Assembly: GCA_963706955.1 (NCBI GenBank)
Contig: CAVPOC010000008.1
Location: 224,001-288,000, forward strand
Source of the DNA: an uncultured Verrucomicrobiae bacterium
Lineage (GTDB): Bacteria; Verrucomicrobiota; Verrucomicrobiia; Chthoniobacterales; Terrimicrobiaceae
Reading direction: 5' to 3'
Length of the DNA stretch: 64,000 nucleotides
The translations under genes were made by a program, and so were the position numbers. The notes under the pieces are model-generated. The model was not told where the DNA came from. It ran no database searches and saw only the letters and a list, made by a program, of their open reading frames with translations. Below are positions 9,939 through 19,591 of this stretch, piece by piece; positions within the stretch are counted from its first letter, which is position 1; each line of letters starts with the position of its first letter.

Positions 9939-10895
9939 TCACTCCTGAAACCGTCCCATTTGGCGGAACTTGTTGTAACGACGCTGAACGAGTTTATCTA
10001 CGGGAACTTTTTCGAGCTCGTGCAAGGCGGCGACGATGGCTTCTTTCAAATTCTTGCCGGTCTCGGCGGGATCTCGGTGGGCGCCACCGACTGGTTCCGG
10101 CACAACTCCGTCGATCACGCCGAGCTTGAGAAGTTCGGTGGCATTGAGCTTGAGCGCTTCAGCGGCTTCGGGTGCGTGTTTGCGGTGCTTCCACAAAATA
10201 GCCGCGCAACCTTCCGGGCTGATGACCGAATAGTAAGCATTTTCAAGCATCAGGACGCGGTCGGCGACTCCTATTCCAAGCGCTCCGCCGGACCCTCCCT
10301 CTCCGATGACCACGGCCACGATCGGTGTTTTCAAAATCATCATTTCGCGAAGATTTACGGCGATCGATTCGGCGATATGCCGCTCCTCCGCGCCAATTCC
10401 GGGATACGCGCCGGGAGTGTCGATAAGTGTCACGATCGGACACTTGAACTTTTCTCCCAGCCGCATCAGCCGAAGGGCCTTGCGATATCCCTCCGGATGC
10501 GGGCTGCCAAAGTTTCGTAGCAAATTCTCTTTGACGTCCCGGCCCTTCTGCTGCCCGATGAGCAGGCATTTGATCCCCTCGATTCTCGCCAGGCCGGCTG
10601 GCATCGAGGCATCGTCGCCGAAAAGACGGTCTCCCTTAAGCTCGAGAAAATCTGTAAAAGCAAGCTCGACGTAGTCGAGAAAGAACGGGCGTGCCGTGTG
10701 GCGTGCCATCTGCACCCGTTGCCAGGCGGTCAGATTTGCGTAGGTCTCTTTTCTGGTCTCTTCGATCTTTTCCTGGATCATGCGCACTTCCGGATCAAGG
10801 TCGATATCCTTGCCGTGAAGATGACGCTTGAGTTCTTCGAGCTTCTGCTCGAGCTCAACCAGCGGCTTCTCAAAATCGAGAATCTGGGACTTCAT
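9939..10895 (-). CDS. accA: Acetyl-CoA carboxylase carboxyltransferase alpha subunit
   Basis: LDFEKP, PEGYRKALRLM, DTPGAYPG, GEGGSGGA, YSVISPEGCAAILW. Confidence 0.97.
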   Translation of the reverse strand: MKSQILDFEKPLVELEQKLEELKRHLHGKDIDLDPEVRMIQEKIEETRKETYANLTAWQRVQMARHTARPFFLDYVELAFTDFLELKGDRLFGDDASMPAGLARIEGIKCLLIGQQKGRDVKENLLRNFGSPHPEGYRKALRLMRLGEKFKCPIVTLIDTPGAYPGIGAEERHIAESIAVNLREMMILKTPIVAVVIGEGGSGGALGIGVADRVLMLENAYYSVISPEGCAAILWKHRKHAPEAAEALKLNATELLKLGVIDGVVPEPVGGAHRDPAETGKNLKEAIVAALHELEKVPVDKLVQRRYNKFRQMGRFQE

Positions 10896-10909
10896 GAAAT
10901 AGAGACGTG

Positions 10910-11722
10910 CTATTGGATGGTGACGGGAGATCCACGAGAAACGAGAAGAAAAATTTCCTCCACGTCGTCTTGGGCCACGATAATACCGGGCGGAGGATTC
11001 TCGGCGCCTTCCGGAAGGCTGCGAATAGCGAGGCCGGCGGAGCCGAGCATCACCCAGCGCTCACTGCCGGAGTAGTTCTTGTCGCCAAAGGCGACCCGAT
11101 TCGATCCTCGCAGCGCAATTTTATCGGCCACTTTCGTCTTCGCAGAGGTGGCAACACCCGGGGTCTTCAGCGAGAGGGTTCGATATTCCTTGAAGAACTG
11201 GCCCTTATTCAAAAGAGTGACAGTGCCAGCCTTACGGTCGACCACTACGCTGATGTCTAGTTGTGGAATAACCAGAGGTTGTCCGATCTTCAGATTGATG
11301 GTCTCCATCTTGTTGGCGCGAAAGATCAATTCCGCATTGCTCTTGAATTTCGCCGCGATTTTCACAAGCGAATCCCCCTTTCCCACGGTGTAGGAAATTT
11401 TGTCCGGAGACGGACTCCGCGAAAACACTTGGGCGCTATTTATTCGGCCCAAGGCGGCCTTCGCCTCGGACAGCTTTGGAGCGGTCGGATAGTTGCGAAT
11501 GAAATCTCCCCAAGCGGCTCGAGCCCCCTCAACGTCGCCTGACTGCTCCAGAGCGGCCGCCTTCTGAAAGATGGGCAAAGTGTAGTCGGGGATCTCGCCT
11601 GATGCTGCCGCCGCCTTGTCCGCCCGGTCGAGTTGTCGCGGTTTCCAGTAGAGCTCGTAACCAAAGTAAGCCGATCCGCCAAGAATCAAGCCAACCAGCA
11701 CGAGGATGATAAGCGTTCGCAC
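10910..11722 (-). CDS. Membrane-anchored TPR-LysM protein with degenerate YkuD (L,D-transpeptidase-like) domain
   Basis: N-terminal TM, TPR-like helix pair (FIRNYPTAPK), LysM (YTVGKGDSLVKIA...LKIGQPLVIP), C-terminal DVEEIFLLVSRGSPVTI resembling YkuD but without His/Cys. Confidence 0.75.
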   Translation of the reverse strand: MRTLIILVLVGLILGGSAYFGYELYWKPRQLDRADKAAAASGEIPDYTLPIFQKAAALEQSGDVEGARAAWGDFIRNYPTAPKLSEAKAALGRINSAQVFSRSPSPDKISYTVGKGDSLVKIAAKFKSNAELIFRANKMETINLKIGQPLVIPQLDISVVVDRKAGTVTLLNKGQFFKEYRTLSLKTPGVATSAKTKVADKIALRGSNRVAFGDKNYSGSERWVMLGSAGLAIRSLPEGAENPPPGIIVAQDDVEEIFLLVSRGSPVTIQ

Positions 11723-11799
11723 GATTGAAACGTTCTAAAGCAACTCCTGCAGGAGGCATTAGAGCGACTCATCGGGCGTTTGCAAACGCTGAAATATGC

Positions 11800-12324
11800 T
11801 CAGATCAAGCCGCGCTTCTTCCATTCATCGAGGTTCTCGGCCGTCGAGTGCTGGATGAGATCCATCGTGAACTTGAGCAGGCAAACCTCCCACGCCTCAT
11901 CAACTCCGGCGATCAACGCGGCGGTAGGATCGCTCTTAGTATCCAAGTTTTCCTTGAGATTGCCTAAGACCGCCTCCATCGAGTCGCGGACGATGCTTTG
12001 TTCCAGGTCCGATTTGCGGAGCTGAAACCCATATCGCAAGATCCTGAAGGAATCAGAATGCTGCTCGACCCAGTCTGCATAATCCCGCGCCTTATTGCCA
12101 AAACCCTCAAGGAGAAGCTTGGAAAAGTGGTGCGGCGACATGATCCGCGGCCGCTCCGCATCGATGCGACCACCGCGAATGCGGACGGCGTTCACCTCGT
12201 CCATCAATTCACTGACGAGAAGAAATCGGAAGCTCGTCGAGCCAAACGTCTCGATGCGGCGTTGAGGTTGGACCACGACGCGAGTGTTCTCCATCGCGTA
12301 ATGGAAGTCGTGCTCCTCGATCAT
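11800..12324 (-). CDS. Hypothetical protein
   Basis: 174-aa ORF with protein-like composition, co-oriented with the LysM gene and accA. Confidence 0.75.
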   Translation of the reverse strand: MIEEHDFHYAMENTRVVVQPQRRIETFGSTSFRFLLVSELMDEVNAVRIRGGRIDAERPRIMSPHHFSKLLLEGFGNKARDYADWVEQHSDSFRILRYGFQLRKSDLEQSIVRDSMEAVLGNLKENLDTKSDPTAALIAGVDEAWEVCLLKFTMDLIQHSTAENLDEWKKRGLI

Positions 12325-12411
12325 TCAGAAGATAATAGGGCTCCTTCTCTTGTGCGCAACAGAAGTCTCGGAATTTGACAAGAGGAGCTTTTCTGCTCTT
12401 TAGCTCACTTA

Positions 12412-13047
12412 GTGAACATCGCCCTGAGCCTCTTTTTCCAGTCTCTGCACAGGATATCAGGCGATTTGTTCACCTGTTACCTACGATCCTGTAGGCGACA
12501 AACCCAAAAAACCGAACAATGTGGTCATCAAGGTCTCGTTACCGAACCGAATGGCTCACGTCATGCAGAGGACAGACCACGGCTCGCTGCCGCGACTGCC
12601 ATTGGCACGCCGATCAACCCCAGGCCACGGACTCGCTTTCGGGTTATGCGAGAAATCGAGAATAGCGCTCAAATACTTAGGCTTCTGGGGAAGCGAGACA
12701 AAATCGTGCCCGGGAAGAGCTCACCGAGGTCGGGCTCCGATTACTGCCATGTCGGATTTTCCATTCAGGACTGGGTTGAGTGGATGCCTGCAAACGGTTT
12801 CACGTCGGGTGCGTCTGGCTGTGTCGGAACACAAGGCTGCCTGCGCCGGCATCAAAAACCGCACGTGAGTTTTTCACGCTCGCCGGTGTCAGGACGCCGG
12901 TATACATTGCTCAAACTCAACCGAAGACGCAACCTAGGCAAGAACGCTCCGCGCCCGCAAGACTACAACGATCCCGATCCGCTAAGGAACATTCTGATAC
13001 TTTCGCAGGCCTTTAAAGGCGACCCAACCCAATCTTCGAGAGAATAA
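12412..13047 (+). pseudogene. Decayed L,D-transpeptidase (YkuD family) gene with multiple frameshifts
   Basis: Fragments across three frames join into YDP..KPKKPNNVVIKVSLPNRMAHVM / DRPRLAAATAIGTPINP...FRV / WVEWMPANG-FHVGCVW / QGCLR / FFTLAGVRTPVYIAQTQP / LGKNAPRPQDYNDPDP, the YkuD motif order (IG..P; HxG; GCxR; TPVxI). Confidence 0.72.
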
Positions 13048-13049
13048 CC

Positions 13050-14261
13050 CTGAGCACTCCCGCGCCACCAACCAGTAATCCCCCGCGCGTTAATCTACGT
13101 ACGCCCGACGTCATGTCGCGCGTGCAGGCGGAGGTGGAAAGCCATTATCGAAGCGGATTGGTCGAACGAATTCGCGCGCACGGAGGCGTCCTTCAGCAGG
13201 GCGGAACCATCATCCGCTTGGCCAAGCAGTTTGGTTTTTGTTACGGAGTCGAGCGCGCAATCGATCTCGCCTACGCGGCGCGCAAGGTCTTTCCCGATCG
13301 TCGCATCTCATTATTAGGCGAAATTATTCACAACCCGGAGGTAAACGCCCAACTCGCCGCCATGGGCATTCGCTACCTTCCCGCTCACCCGGATGACGCG
13401 CAAATCGCGGAGCTCGTTGGTGAGGATGTGGTCATCGTGCCCGCCTTCGGTGCGGAGGTTGCCACCGTCGAGGCGATCAAAGCGCGAGGATGTCAGATTG
13501 TGGACACCACGTGTGGAGATGTCATGAGTGTTTGGAAGCGGGTGCGCCAGAACGCTTCGGAGCAGGTTACCAGCATCATCCACGGGAAGTCGGCTCATGA
13601 GGAAACCATGGCGACGGCTTCTCGTGCGCTTGGTCGTGACGGCAAAGGGCATTACCTAGTGGTTCTGGATCTCGATCAGACGGACCTTGTTTGCAAGTAC
13701 ATCCGGGAAGGGGGGGACAAAGCGGGTTTTCTCAGCAATTTTCAGCGCGCGCATTCCCCCGGATTTGACCCCGATCGCCACCTCGAGCGTGTCGGTGTGG
13801 CCAATCAAACGACGATGCTACGCAGCGAAACCGAGGAGATTCAGCGGCGTATCCGAGATGCTATCGCGGCACGGGACGGCCATACCGCGAGTTTTCGCTT
13901 CTTCGATACGATCTGCGGAGCGACGCAGGAGCGTCAGGATGCGCTTTTCCAGCTCTTGGACGAGTCACTCGATCTTCTGATTGTCGTCGGAGGGTATAAC
14001 AGTTCCAACACGACACACCTGGCGGAGATCGGCGATCGGAACCTCCCTACATGGTTCATCCGGAACGCAGGGTGCATGATTTCGACCCAGGAAATCCACC
14101 ACTTCGATATTCACCTGAAAAAAGAGGTAACGACCGCGGATTGGCTTCCCGCAAAGGTTCCGCTGTGCGTTGGGATCACGGCCGGCGCAAGCTGCCCGAA
14201 TAATTTGATCGAGGAGACCCTCAATCGGATTCTCGTCCTGCGAAACGAGGCTACGGTCTAA
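13050..14261 (+). CDS. ispH: 4-hydroxy-3-methylbut-2-enyl diphosphate reductase
   Basis: FGFCYGVERA, IIHNP, DTTC, DTICGATQERQ, GGYNSSNT, TAGASCP. First ATG is 13113; frame is open upstream to a CTG at 13050. Confidence 0.95.
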   Translation: MSTPAPPTSNPPRVNLRTPDVMSRVQAEVESHYRSGLVERIRAHGGVLQQGGTIIRLAKQFGFCYGVERAIDLAYAARKVFPDRRISLLGEIIHNPEVNAQLAAMGIRYLPAHPDDAQIAELVGEDVVIVPAFGAEVATVEAIKARGCQIVDTTCGDVMSVWKRVRQNASEQVTSIIHGKSAHEETMATASRALGRDGKGHYLVVLDLDQTDLVCKYIREGGDKAGFLSNFQRAHSPGFDPDRHLERVGVANQTTMLRSETEEIQRRIRDAIAARDGHTASFRFFDTICGATQERQDALFQLLDESLDLLIVVGGYNSSNTTHLAEIGDRNLPTWFIRNAGCMISTQEIHHFDIHLKKEVTTADWLPAKVPLCVGITAGASCPNNLIEETLNRILVLRNEATV

Positions 14262-15250
14262 GGTGAAAACTGCGCGAACAACTGTTCTCTTACTTTCGCG
14301 AAGCTGACCTTCTCAAGGGCCAGCTCCCGCGCGCGAGAGAGGGTTGCGGTGTAGTATGGATCGTCTTCAAGCAGTCCCTTCGCCACGTTTACGGCGGACT
14401 GGACCGACAAACTCGTTCCGCAAAGCTCTGGAAAAACAAGCCTGTCAATTGCCCCGTCTCCACCGACGCAGGGCAAGCCACAGAGCAGAGCGTCTCCAGC
14501 GACCTGTCCCGGCACGCCGCTGCGGTCTAGCTGAAAGACAATTCGATGTCGCGCCATCAGGCGAAGGTATTCGGGATAGGGAAGCTTCCCGGGGACAATG
14601 CGGAAGCCTGGCGAAATGGCGCGCAGCAAGCGAGCGCCGGTCCACCCTTCCGTATTGATGACCGTAATCGGGTGGTTAAACCCGGAGAGGCTGCTCAGCG
14701 CGAGAAAGTGATTTCGGGAGGGAGTGGCGAACTCGCGTGTGCCAACAAAAATGCCGACTCTCTCCGAGATCGGGATCGAGAAGTCCCAGACCGTCTCCTC
14801 AACGGGATATGGGGTTGGAATGAAGTCGCCGCGAACGCAACCCGCTGATTGATATAAGGGAACGAGATCAGGCGTGCTGGAAAGAAAACCGTGGGCTTCT
14901 GCGCAAACAGCGCGAAAGCGGCTCGCAATACGTGGCCGCTCGAGTGCGCGGGCGACCTGTGGCAGACCCGATTCCTTCCAGGAAACCAGCACCCGGTTTC
15001 CGCGCTTGCGGAGACTGCGGACAGCCTGGAGGGCATCGCCAAGTCCACTCTTGCGAAGCAATACCAGGACACTTTCCACGGCAGCAGGTATCTGCCCACA
15101 TCCGCGATAGAAAGCGCCGCGGCAGCAAGCCGCGTAACCATGGTAGTTTACCGGGGGATGACCGGGATCTGCCGGAGATCCTGCTCCTTGCGCAAAGATC
15201 CTGGTTTGGTCGCGGCCACCCGGATTCACGACTGCAAAGGAGAACTCCAA
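14258..15250 (-). CDS. Hypothetical protein, glycosyltransferase (GT-B)-like C-terminus
   Basis: TTG start 1 nt after the mazG stop; PGQVAGDALLCGLPCVG resembles the GT-B EAxxxGxPvv region. Confidence 0.65.
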   Translation of the reverse strand: MEFSFAVVNPGGRDQTRIFAQGAGSPADPGHPPVNYHGYAACCRGAFYRGCGQIPAAVESVLVLLRKSGLGDALQAVRSLRKRGNRVLVSWKESGLPQVARALERPRIASRFRAVCAEAHGFLSSTPDLVPLYQSAGCVRGDFIPTPYPVEETVWDFSIPISERVGIFVGTREFATPSRNHFLALSSLSGFNHPITVINTEGWTGARLLRAISPGFRIVPGKLPYPEYLRLMARHRIVFQLDRSGVPGQVAGDALLCGLPCVGGDGAIDRLVFPELCGTSLSVQSAVNVAKGLLEDDPYYTATLSRARELALEKVSFAKVREQLFAQFSP

Positions 15251-15251
15251 G

Positions 15252-16040
15252 TCAGTTCTCCGGCCGCATCCTTTGTTTGTTCCTTTCCCACAAGGCATTC
15301 ATGTCTTGTGCGGAAGTTTGCTCGAGTTTCCCTCCGTCGGCGGCAATATCGGCCTCAAGGGCTCGAAATCGTCTGGCAAATTTTCGGGTCGCCGCGGCGA
15401 GGGCCAGCTCGGAGTCGACACCCAGCTTTCGGGCAACGTTGACCACGCTGAAGAAGAGGTCTCCCAACTCCTCCTCGATGGTCGGCTGCCCCTCGCCTCG
15501 GATCGCCTCGCGGAGTTCCTCAACTTCTTCCTCGACCTTGTCGATTACTTGAGAGGCATCCTCCCAATCAAATCCGACGCGCGCCGCTCTCTTTTGGACC
15601 TCGTCTGCCAGCAGAAGGGCAGGAAACGCTGCGGGCAAACCGTCCATCACGGAGGAAACAGCGCCCTTCTCAACGCGTTTAATCGACTCCCAGAGCCGCA
15701 CTACTTGAGAGCTCTCGGTCGCCTGGACGCTCCCGAAGACATGCGGGTGGCGCCGAATCAGTTTGTCACAGACTGCTTCGACGACATCTTCCAAGGCGAA
15801 GGCCTTCCGTTCCTCGCCCATCTGGGCATGCATGACGACATGAAGGAGCAAATCGCCAAGTTCCTCTCGCAAGTTCGCGTCGTCCGCTTTCTCGATTGCC
15901 TCGATCGTCTCGTAACATTCCTCAATGAGCGCGGCACGCAAGCTCTCATGGGTTTGCTCGCGATCCCAGGGGCAGCCTCCCGGTGCACGCAGTCGGGCGA
16001 CGATTTCCCTCAATCGGGAGACGTCGCTCACCTCAGACAC
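15252..16040 (-). CDS. mazG: Nucleoside triphosphate pyrophosphohydrolase
   Basis: GCPWDREQTHESL, EELGDLL, RRHPHVF, GFDW, second EELGDLFF. Confidence 0.95.
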   Translation of the reverse strand: MSEVSDVSRLREIVARLRAPGGCPWDREQTHESLRAALIEECYETIEAIEKADDANLREELGDLLLHVVMHAQMGEERKAFALEDVVEAVCDKLIRRHPHVFGSVQATESSQVVRLWESIKRVEKGAVSSVMDGLPAAFPALLLADEVQKRAARVGFDWEDASQVIDKVEEEVEELREAIRGEGQPTIEEELGDLFFSVVNVARKLGVDSELALAAATRKFARRFRALEADIAADGGKLEQTSAQDMNALWERNKQRMRPEN

Positions 16041-16755
16041 GCCAAAGCGAACTTCTGGTCCCGCTAAACTCGCTGACTTCCTCGGAAGAGTTGCGTGAGA
16101 CGTGAATGATCAACCCAGCCACGGTCAGAATCGTCCCGAAAAAGATAAGGCAGGCAAACCAGGCCGGCAGCGCCTGAACGGAAAGAGCGCGGTAGAATGC
16201 GCCGAATGAGTCGATTGGCTCACTCGCGTGAATTAAGACTTTCAAGGTCCAAGCGACCATGATGATCGCGAAAATGAAAACGTAGTTACGCTTCAGTCTG
16301 CGCCCAACAGCCTCGATCTTGCTGATTTTGAAGGAGGGTAAGATTAGATCCTCGCAAACCAATCGGCGCCACTCTCCGGCAAGCAGGTTTGGACTTTGCG
16401 AGATCATCGGCACCAGAAAATGCGACTCCAGCATCCGCACGCGACCTCGAAACGCGTCATAGAACCGATAGCGGCGCGCCTCAATCCAAAGGAGGACCCA
16501 GACAAAGGCCAGATTGAAGAAAAAGACGATGTGCGGAACCGCAGCAAACGAAAACGACACGGTAATGATCGAGGTGGTGCTGGTGATTGCCCACGTGGTC
16601 GTCACATCCAAGCGCTGCCGCCAAATCATGATCCGGCCCAACTCGCCGCGATAAAAGTGAATCATCGCGTTGACGTAGCAAGCGTCCTTCAAGTTGGGCA
16701 ACGGCATGCCCGAGGTGTCGGTCGACGATGCCCTGCTCGGCGATTCGGTGGTCAA
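16033..16755 (-). CDS. DUF2270-like membrane protein
   Basis: HFYRGE..R...WRQRLDVTTTWA and IEARRYRFYD...RVRMLE motifs; about 4 TM segments. Confidence 0.8.
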   Translation of the reverse strand: MTTESPSRASSTDTSGMPLPNLKDACYVNAMIHFYRGELGRIMIWRQRLDVTTTWAITSTTSIITVSFSFAAVPHIVFFFNLAFVWVLLWIEARRYRFYDAFRGRVRMLESHFLVPMISQSPNLLAGEWRRLVCEDLILPSFKISKIEAVGRRLKRNYVFIFAIIMVAWTLKVLIHASEPIDSFGAFYRALSVQALPAWFACLIFFGTILTVAGLIIHVSRNSSEEVSEFSGTRSSLWRV

Positions 16756-17588
16756 TCGCGGCGCTCCTTCGCAAGAAGAGCAGCCCGAACCCGCTCCAGC
16801 TTTTCCCGCTCTCCGCGTGTCAAACTTCCAATCCCCTGTCTGGCGATCTTCTCCAGAATTGGGTCGATGGATTCATACAATTCGCCCTCTTTGACAGGCT
16901 CGCGATTTGCCGGTTTGCTGCGGCGTTCGGGCCGTCGGAGCGGAAGATTGGAGACAGAGGGTAACGAGAAAGTGCGGACTCCCTCTCGCATCATCCAGAG
17001 TGCCGCCACGCCGCACGACCACCAGAGGATCGAAAGATTGATCCATTGCTTGTAGGCAAGCATCTGCAAAGTGTAAATTCCCAAGAGAGCTATCGCGATC
17101 CAGCGCGCCTGAATTCCAAAGAAGATCTCGGCGCCAGGATAAATCATCACAAATGCGACGAAAACCGCGAAGTGGACTGCATCGGAGCCGTAGTAGGTCC
17201 CGCTCTCAATTCCCAGGAAGCTGAGAAGTGACAATAGAACCGGGATGGCGAGGACGAGCGCCGCATAGAACCAAGCAAATGCCTTCCGGCCAATGAACTT
17301 CTCGACGTCACGTCCAAAGAATGCCAGCAAGACCAGCTGGATAAGGGTGAAGATCTCAGGCCGGTTGACAAAGGCATAGGTGGCAAATTGCCAAAGATGC
17401 AGTTTGCCGACGGATTGTGGCGAAAATGCCAGCAGCCCAAAGAACCACTCCGCGCCGGAAGCCAGTGCCAGGGCTGTGAACACCATCATCAGGCCATGAG
17501 CGAACGCGATGGCGGTCGAGAGATAAACCGGAACCCTGCCAACCCAAGTGAGCGGCTCACACTGCTCAAAGTTCCGGTTTGCTATCAT
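16752..17588 (-). CDS. Rhomboid-family intramembrane protein with DUF6576-like C-terminal tail
   Basis: LWQFATYAF, FGRDVE...G, YYGS; tail IDPILEKIARQGIGSLT..ER..L. Catalytic His not clearly seen. Confidence 0.75.
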   Translation of the reverse strand: MIANRNFEQCEPLTWVGRVPVYLSTAIAFAHGLMMVFTALALASGAEWFFGLLAFSPQSVGKLHLWQFATYAFVNRPEIFTLIQLVLLAFFGRDVEKFIGRKAFAWFYAALVLAIPVLLSLLSFLGIESGTYYGSDAVHFAVFVAFVMIYPGAEIFFGIQARWIAIALLGIYTLQMLAYKQWINLSILWWSCGVAALWMMREGVRTFSLPSVSNLPLRRPERRSKPANREPVKEGELYESIDPILEKIARQGIGSLTRGEREKLERVRAALLAKERRD

Positions 17589-17831
17589 CGAACGGCTCCA
17601 ATCTACTCCCGACAACGCGTGAAACAAGAAGGAAACGTTCCCGCAGGCGCGCAAAATTCAAGGGGTAAATGGACCAGTTTCCCGAGACGCACTTCGACCG
17701 GTTCCTGCAGAAATCACCGCCAACTCGTCAACGGGAACCGAGGTCGCGTTCGGCCTTTTGATAGCAGGTGCGCGGTTCGCGGGAGCGCTTTTTAGCGTTG
17801 AAAGTAATCACCGCATTGGCAACGCTGCGCC

Positions 17832-19589
17832 GTGCTCGAGCTCCGCAATGTCTCCCTCTCTGTAGAACAAGATGGCGAGCTAAAGCCGCTGATTGCGGAC
17901 GTCACCACCACATTCCCTCGGAGCCATTTTGCGGCGATTCTTGGGCCCTCGGGATGTGGAAAAAGCACCCTGCTTAAGGTCATCACCGGCATCGCGCACG
18001 GCACCGAGGAGGGCCAAATCTATTGGGATGGACGTGACCTCATCCAACACGATTTCTCGCCCTCGGAAATCGGTTATGTGCCTCAATTCAGCATCGCCCA
18101 CGAGGATCTCACGGTGCGAGAATGCGTCTCGTATTCGATAAAGCTGCGGGTTCGCGGCATGGGTGGAGACGCCCTTGAAGAAGCGATCGCGCGCATCCTG
18201 GAGGAGGTCAACATGACCGAGTCTGCCGACCGGCTTGTCCGCGTCCTTTCAGGTGGCCAAAAGCGCCGCCTGGCGCTGGCCATGGAACTTGCGAGCAAGC
18301 CAGCCATGCTCCTCTGCGATGAAGTGACGAGCGGGCTGGACCCCCAGTCTGAAGACGAGATCGTCAACCTGCTTCGGGGACTGTCGCGGTCCGAAGGGCG
18401 GACAGTTCTTTCTGTGACACACAGTCTGAACCATTTGGGATTCTACGACTCTGTGCTGGTCCTCTTCCGGGGCATCGTCGCCTACCACGGCCCGCCGGAA
18501 TTTCTTGCCCACTACTTTCATTGCGAAGACCCTCACGACCTCTTCAGCCAGCTTACCAAACGCGAGGCAGCCGAGTGGGCGGACTCCTGGAAAAAACATC
18601 GCCATCCTTTCGAGGAGGCCATGGCGGGACAAGTTCCGGAGAGCCTTGAAGAACTGAGCTACGAGAGTCCTCCTGACGAAGAGAAAACCGAGGTCGAAGC
18701 ACCGGCCGAGCCCGAGCGTGCGCCGCCGTTGCCCCAACCTGGCCTGGTCAGCCAATTTATCACCCTAACCGCGCGGAGATTTCTGATCTTCTGGCGCAAC
18801 AAAGCTCAATTCTATCTCCAGCTCGGTTTGATTTTCGGTTTTCCGGTCTTGGTTGCAATCTTCGCTCTGGAGGGTTTGCCGGCCGTCCAAAACTTGTCCA
18901 TGGGGATGAAGCTCAACGCGGTTCAGGAGCTCCGTGAGAACATGGATTTCCTGGTGCAAGCAAGCAAGATTGGAAGCCTTGTTTCCGGCATCGTCATGTT
19001 TCAAGTTGTTCTGCTCACGCTGATGGGAGCGAACAATTCAGGGCGCGAGATCGCTGCCGAGCGCCTGGTCTTCGAGAAGGAAAAACTCTCTGGTCTGCGG
19101 CCATCGAGCTACATTGCAAGCAAGGCGGTGTTTCTCCTGGTCCTGGTGGTGGCGCAGTCGCTCTGGATGGGACTTTTTGTTCACTTTGTTTGTGGCTTTC
19201 CCGGTGAGTTATTCGAACAACTCCTCTTCCTTTTCCTGGTAAACGCCGCCATGACTTCGGTCTGCCTGGCTATTTCCAGCATTATGGATTCGGCCGAACA
19301 GGCGTCGCTGGTATCAATTTACCTCGTCGGATTTCAACTTCCGCTTTCCGGCGCAGTGCTGGCGCTGCCCGACTGGATCGATGCGATCACCCGGCCATTC
19401 ATAGCAGCATACTGGAGTTGGTCTGGCGTCTTGCAAACACTGCGAGGTGAACGCTACTACGACATTGTGCAAACCGTCATCCAGACGGAACTTTCGCCGG
19501 CAATTCTCTGTCTCTGGGTCCTTGGATCACACATCGTGATAGGTCTCTTCGCCACCTGGCTCGGTTGCAACCGCAGCCGCTTGAACTGA
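17832..19589 (+). CDS. ABC transporter, fused ATPase + ABC-2 permease (ABCG-like)
   Basis: Walker A GPSGCGKST, LSGGQKRR, Walker B LLCDE, H-loop VTH; 6-TM C-terminal half with REIAAER..F.KE. Confidence 0.92.
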   Translation: MLELRNVSLSVEQDGELKPLIADVTTTFPRSHFAAILGPSGCGKSTLLKVITGIAHGTEEGQIYWDGRDLIQHDFSPSEIGYVPQFSIAHEDLTVRECVSYSIKLRVRGMGGDALEEAIARILEEVNMTESADRLVRVLSGGQKRRLALAMELASKPAMLLCDEVTSGLDPQSEDEIVNLLRGLSRSEGRTVLSVTHSLNHLGFYDSVLVLFRGIVAYHGPPEFLAHYFHCEDPHDLFSQLTKREAAEWADSWKKHRHPFEEAMAGQVPESLEELSYESPPDEEKTEVEAPAEPERAPPLPQPGLVSQFITLTARRFLIFWRNKAQFYLQLGLIFGFPVLVAIFALEGLPAVQNLSMGMKLNAVQELRENMDFLVQASKIGSLVSGIVMFQVVLLTLMGANNSGREIAAERLVFEKEKLSGLRPSSYIASKAVFLLVLVVAQSLWMGLFVHFVCGFPGELFEQLLFLFLVNAAMTSVCLAISSIMDSAEQASLVSIYLVGFQLPLSGAVLALPDWIDAITRPFIAAYWSWSGVLQTLRGERYYDIVQTVIQTELSPAILCLWVLGSHIVIGLFATWLGCNRSRLN

Positions 19590-19591
19590 TT

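Noticed and set aside
12863..12876. 14-nt match (TGAAAAACTCACGT, minus strand) to the MITE terminal repeat
   Set aside because: It lies inside the YkuD pseudogene reading (AREFFT), has no partner end and lacks the terminal GAGACTG; probably chance.
12412..13047. 211-aa ORF as an intact novel protein
   Set aside because: Better explained as a multi-frame mosaic of a decayed L,D-transpeptidase.
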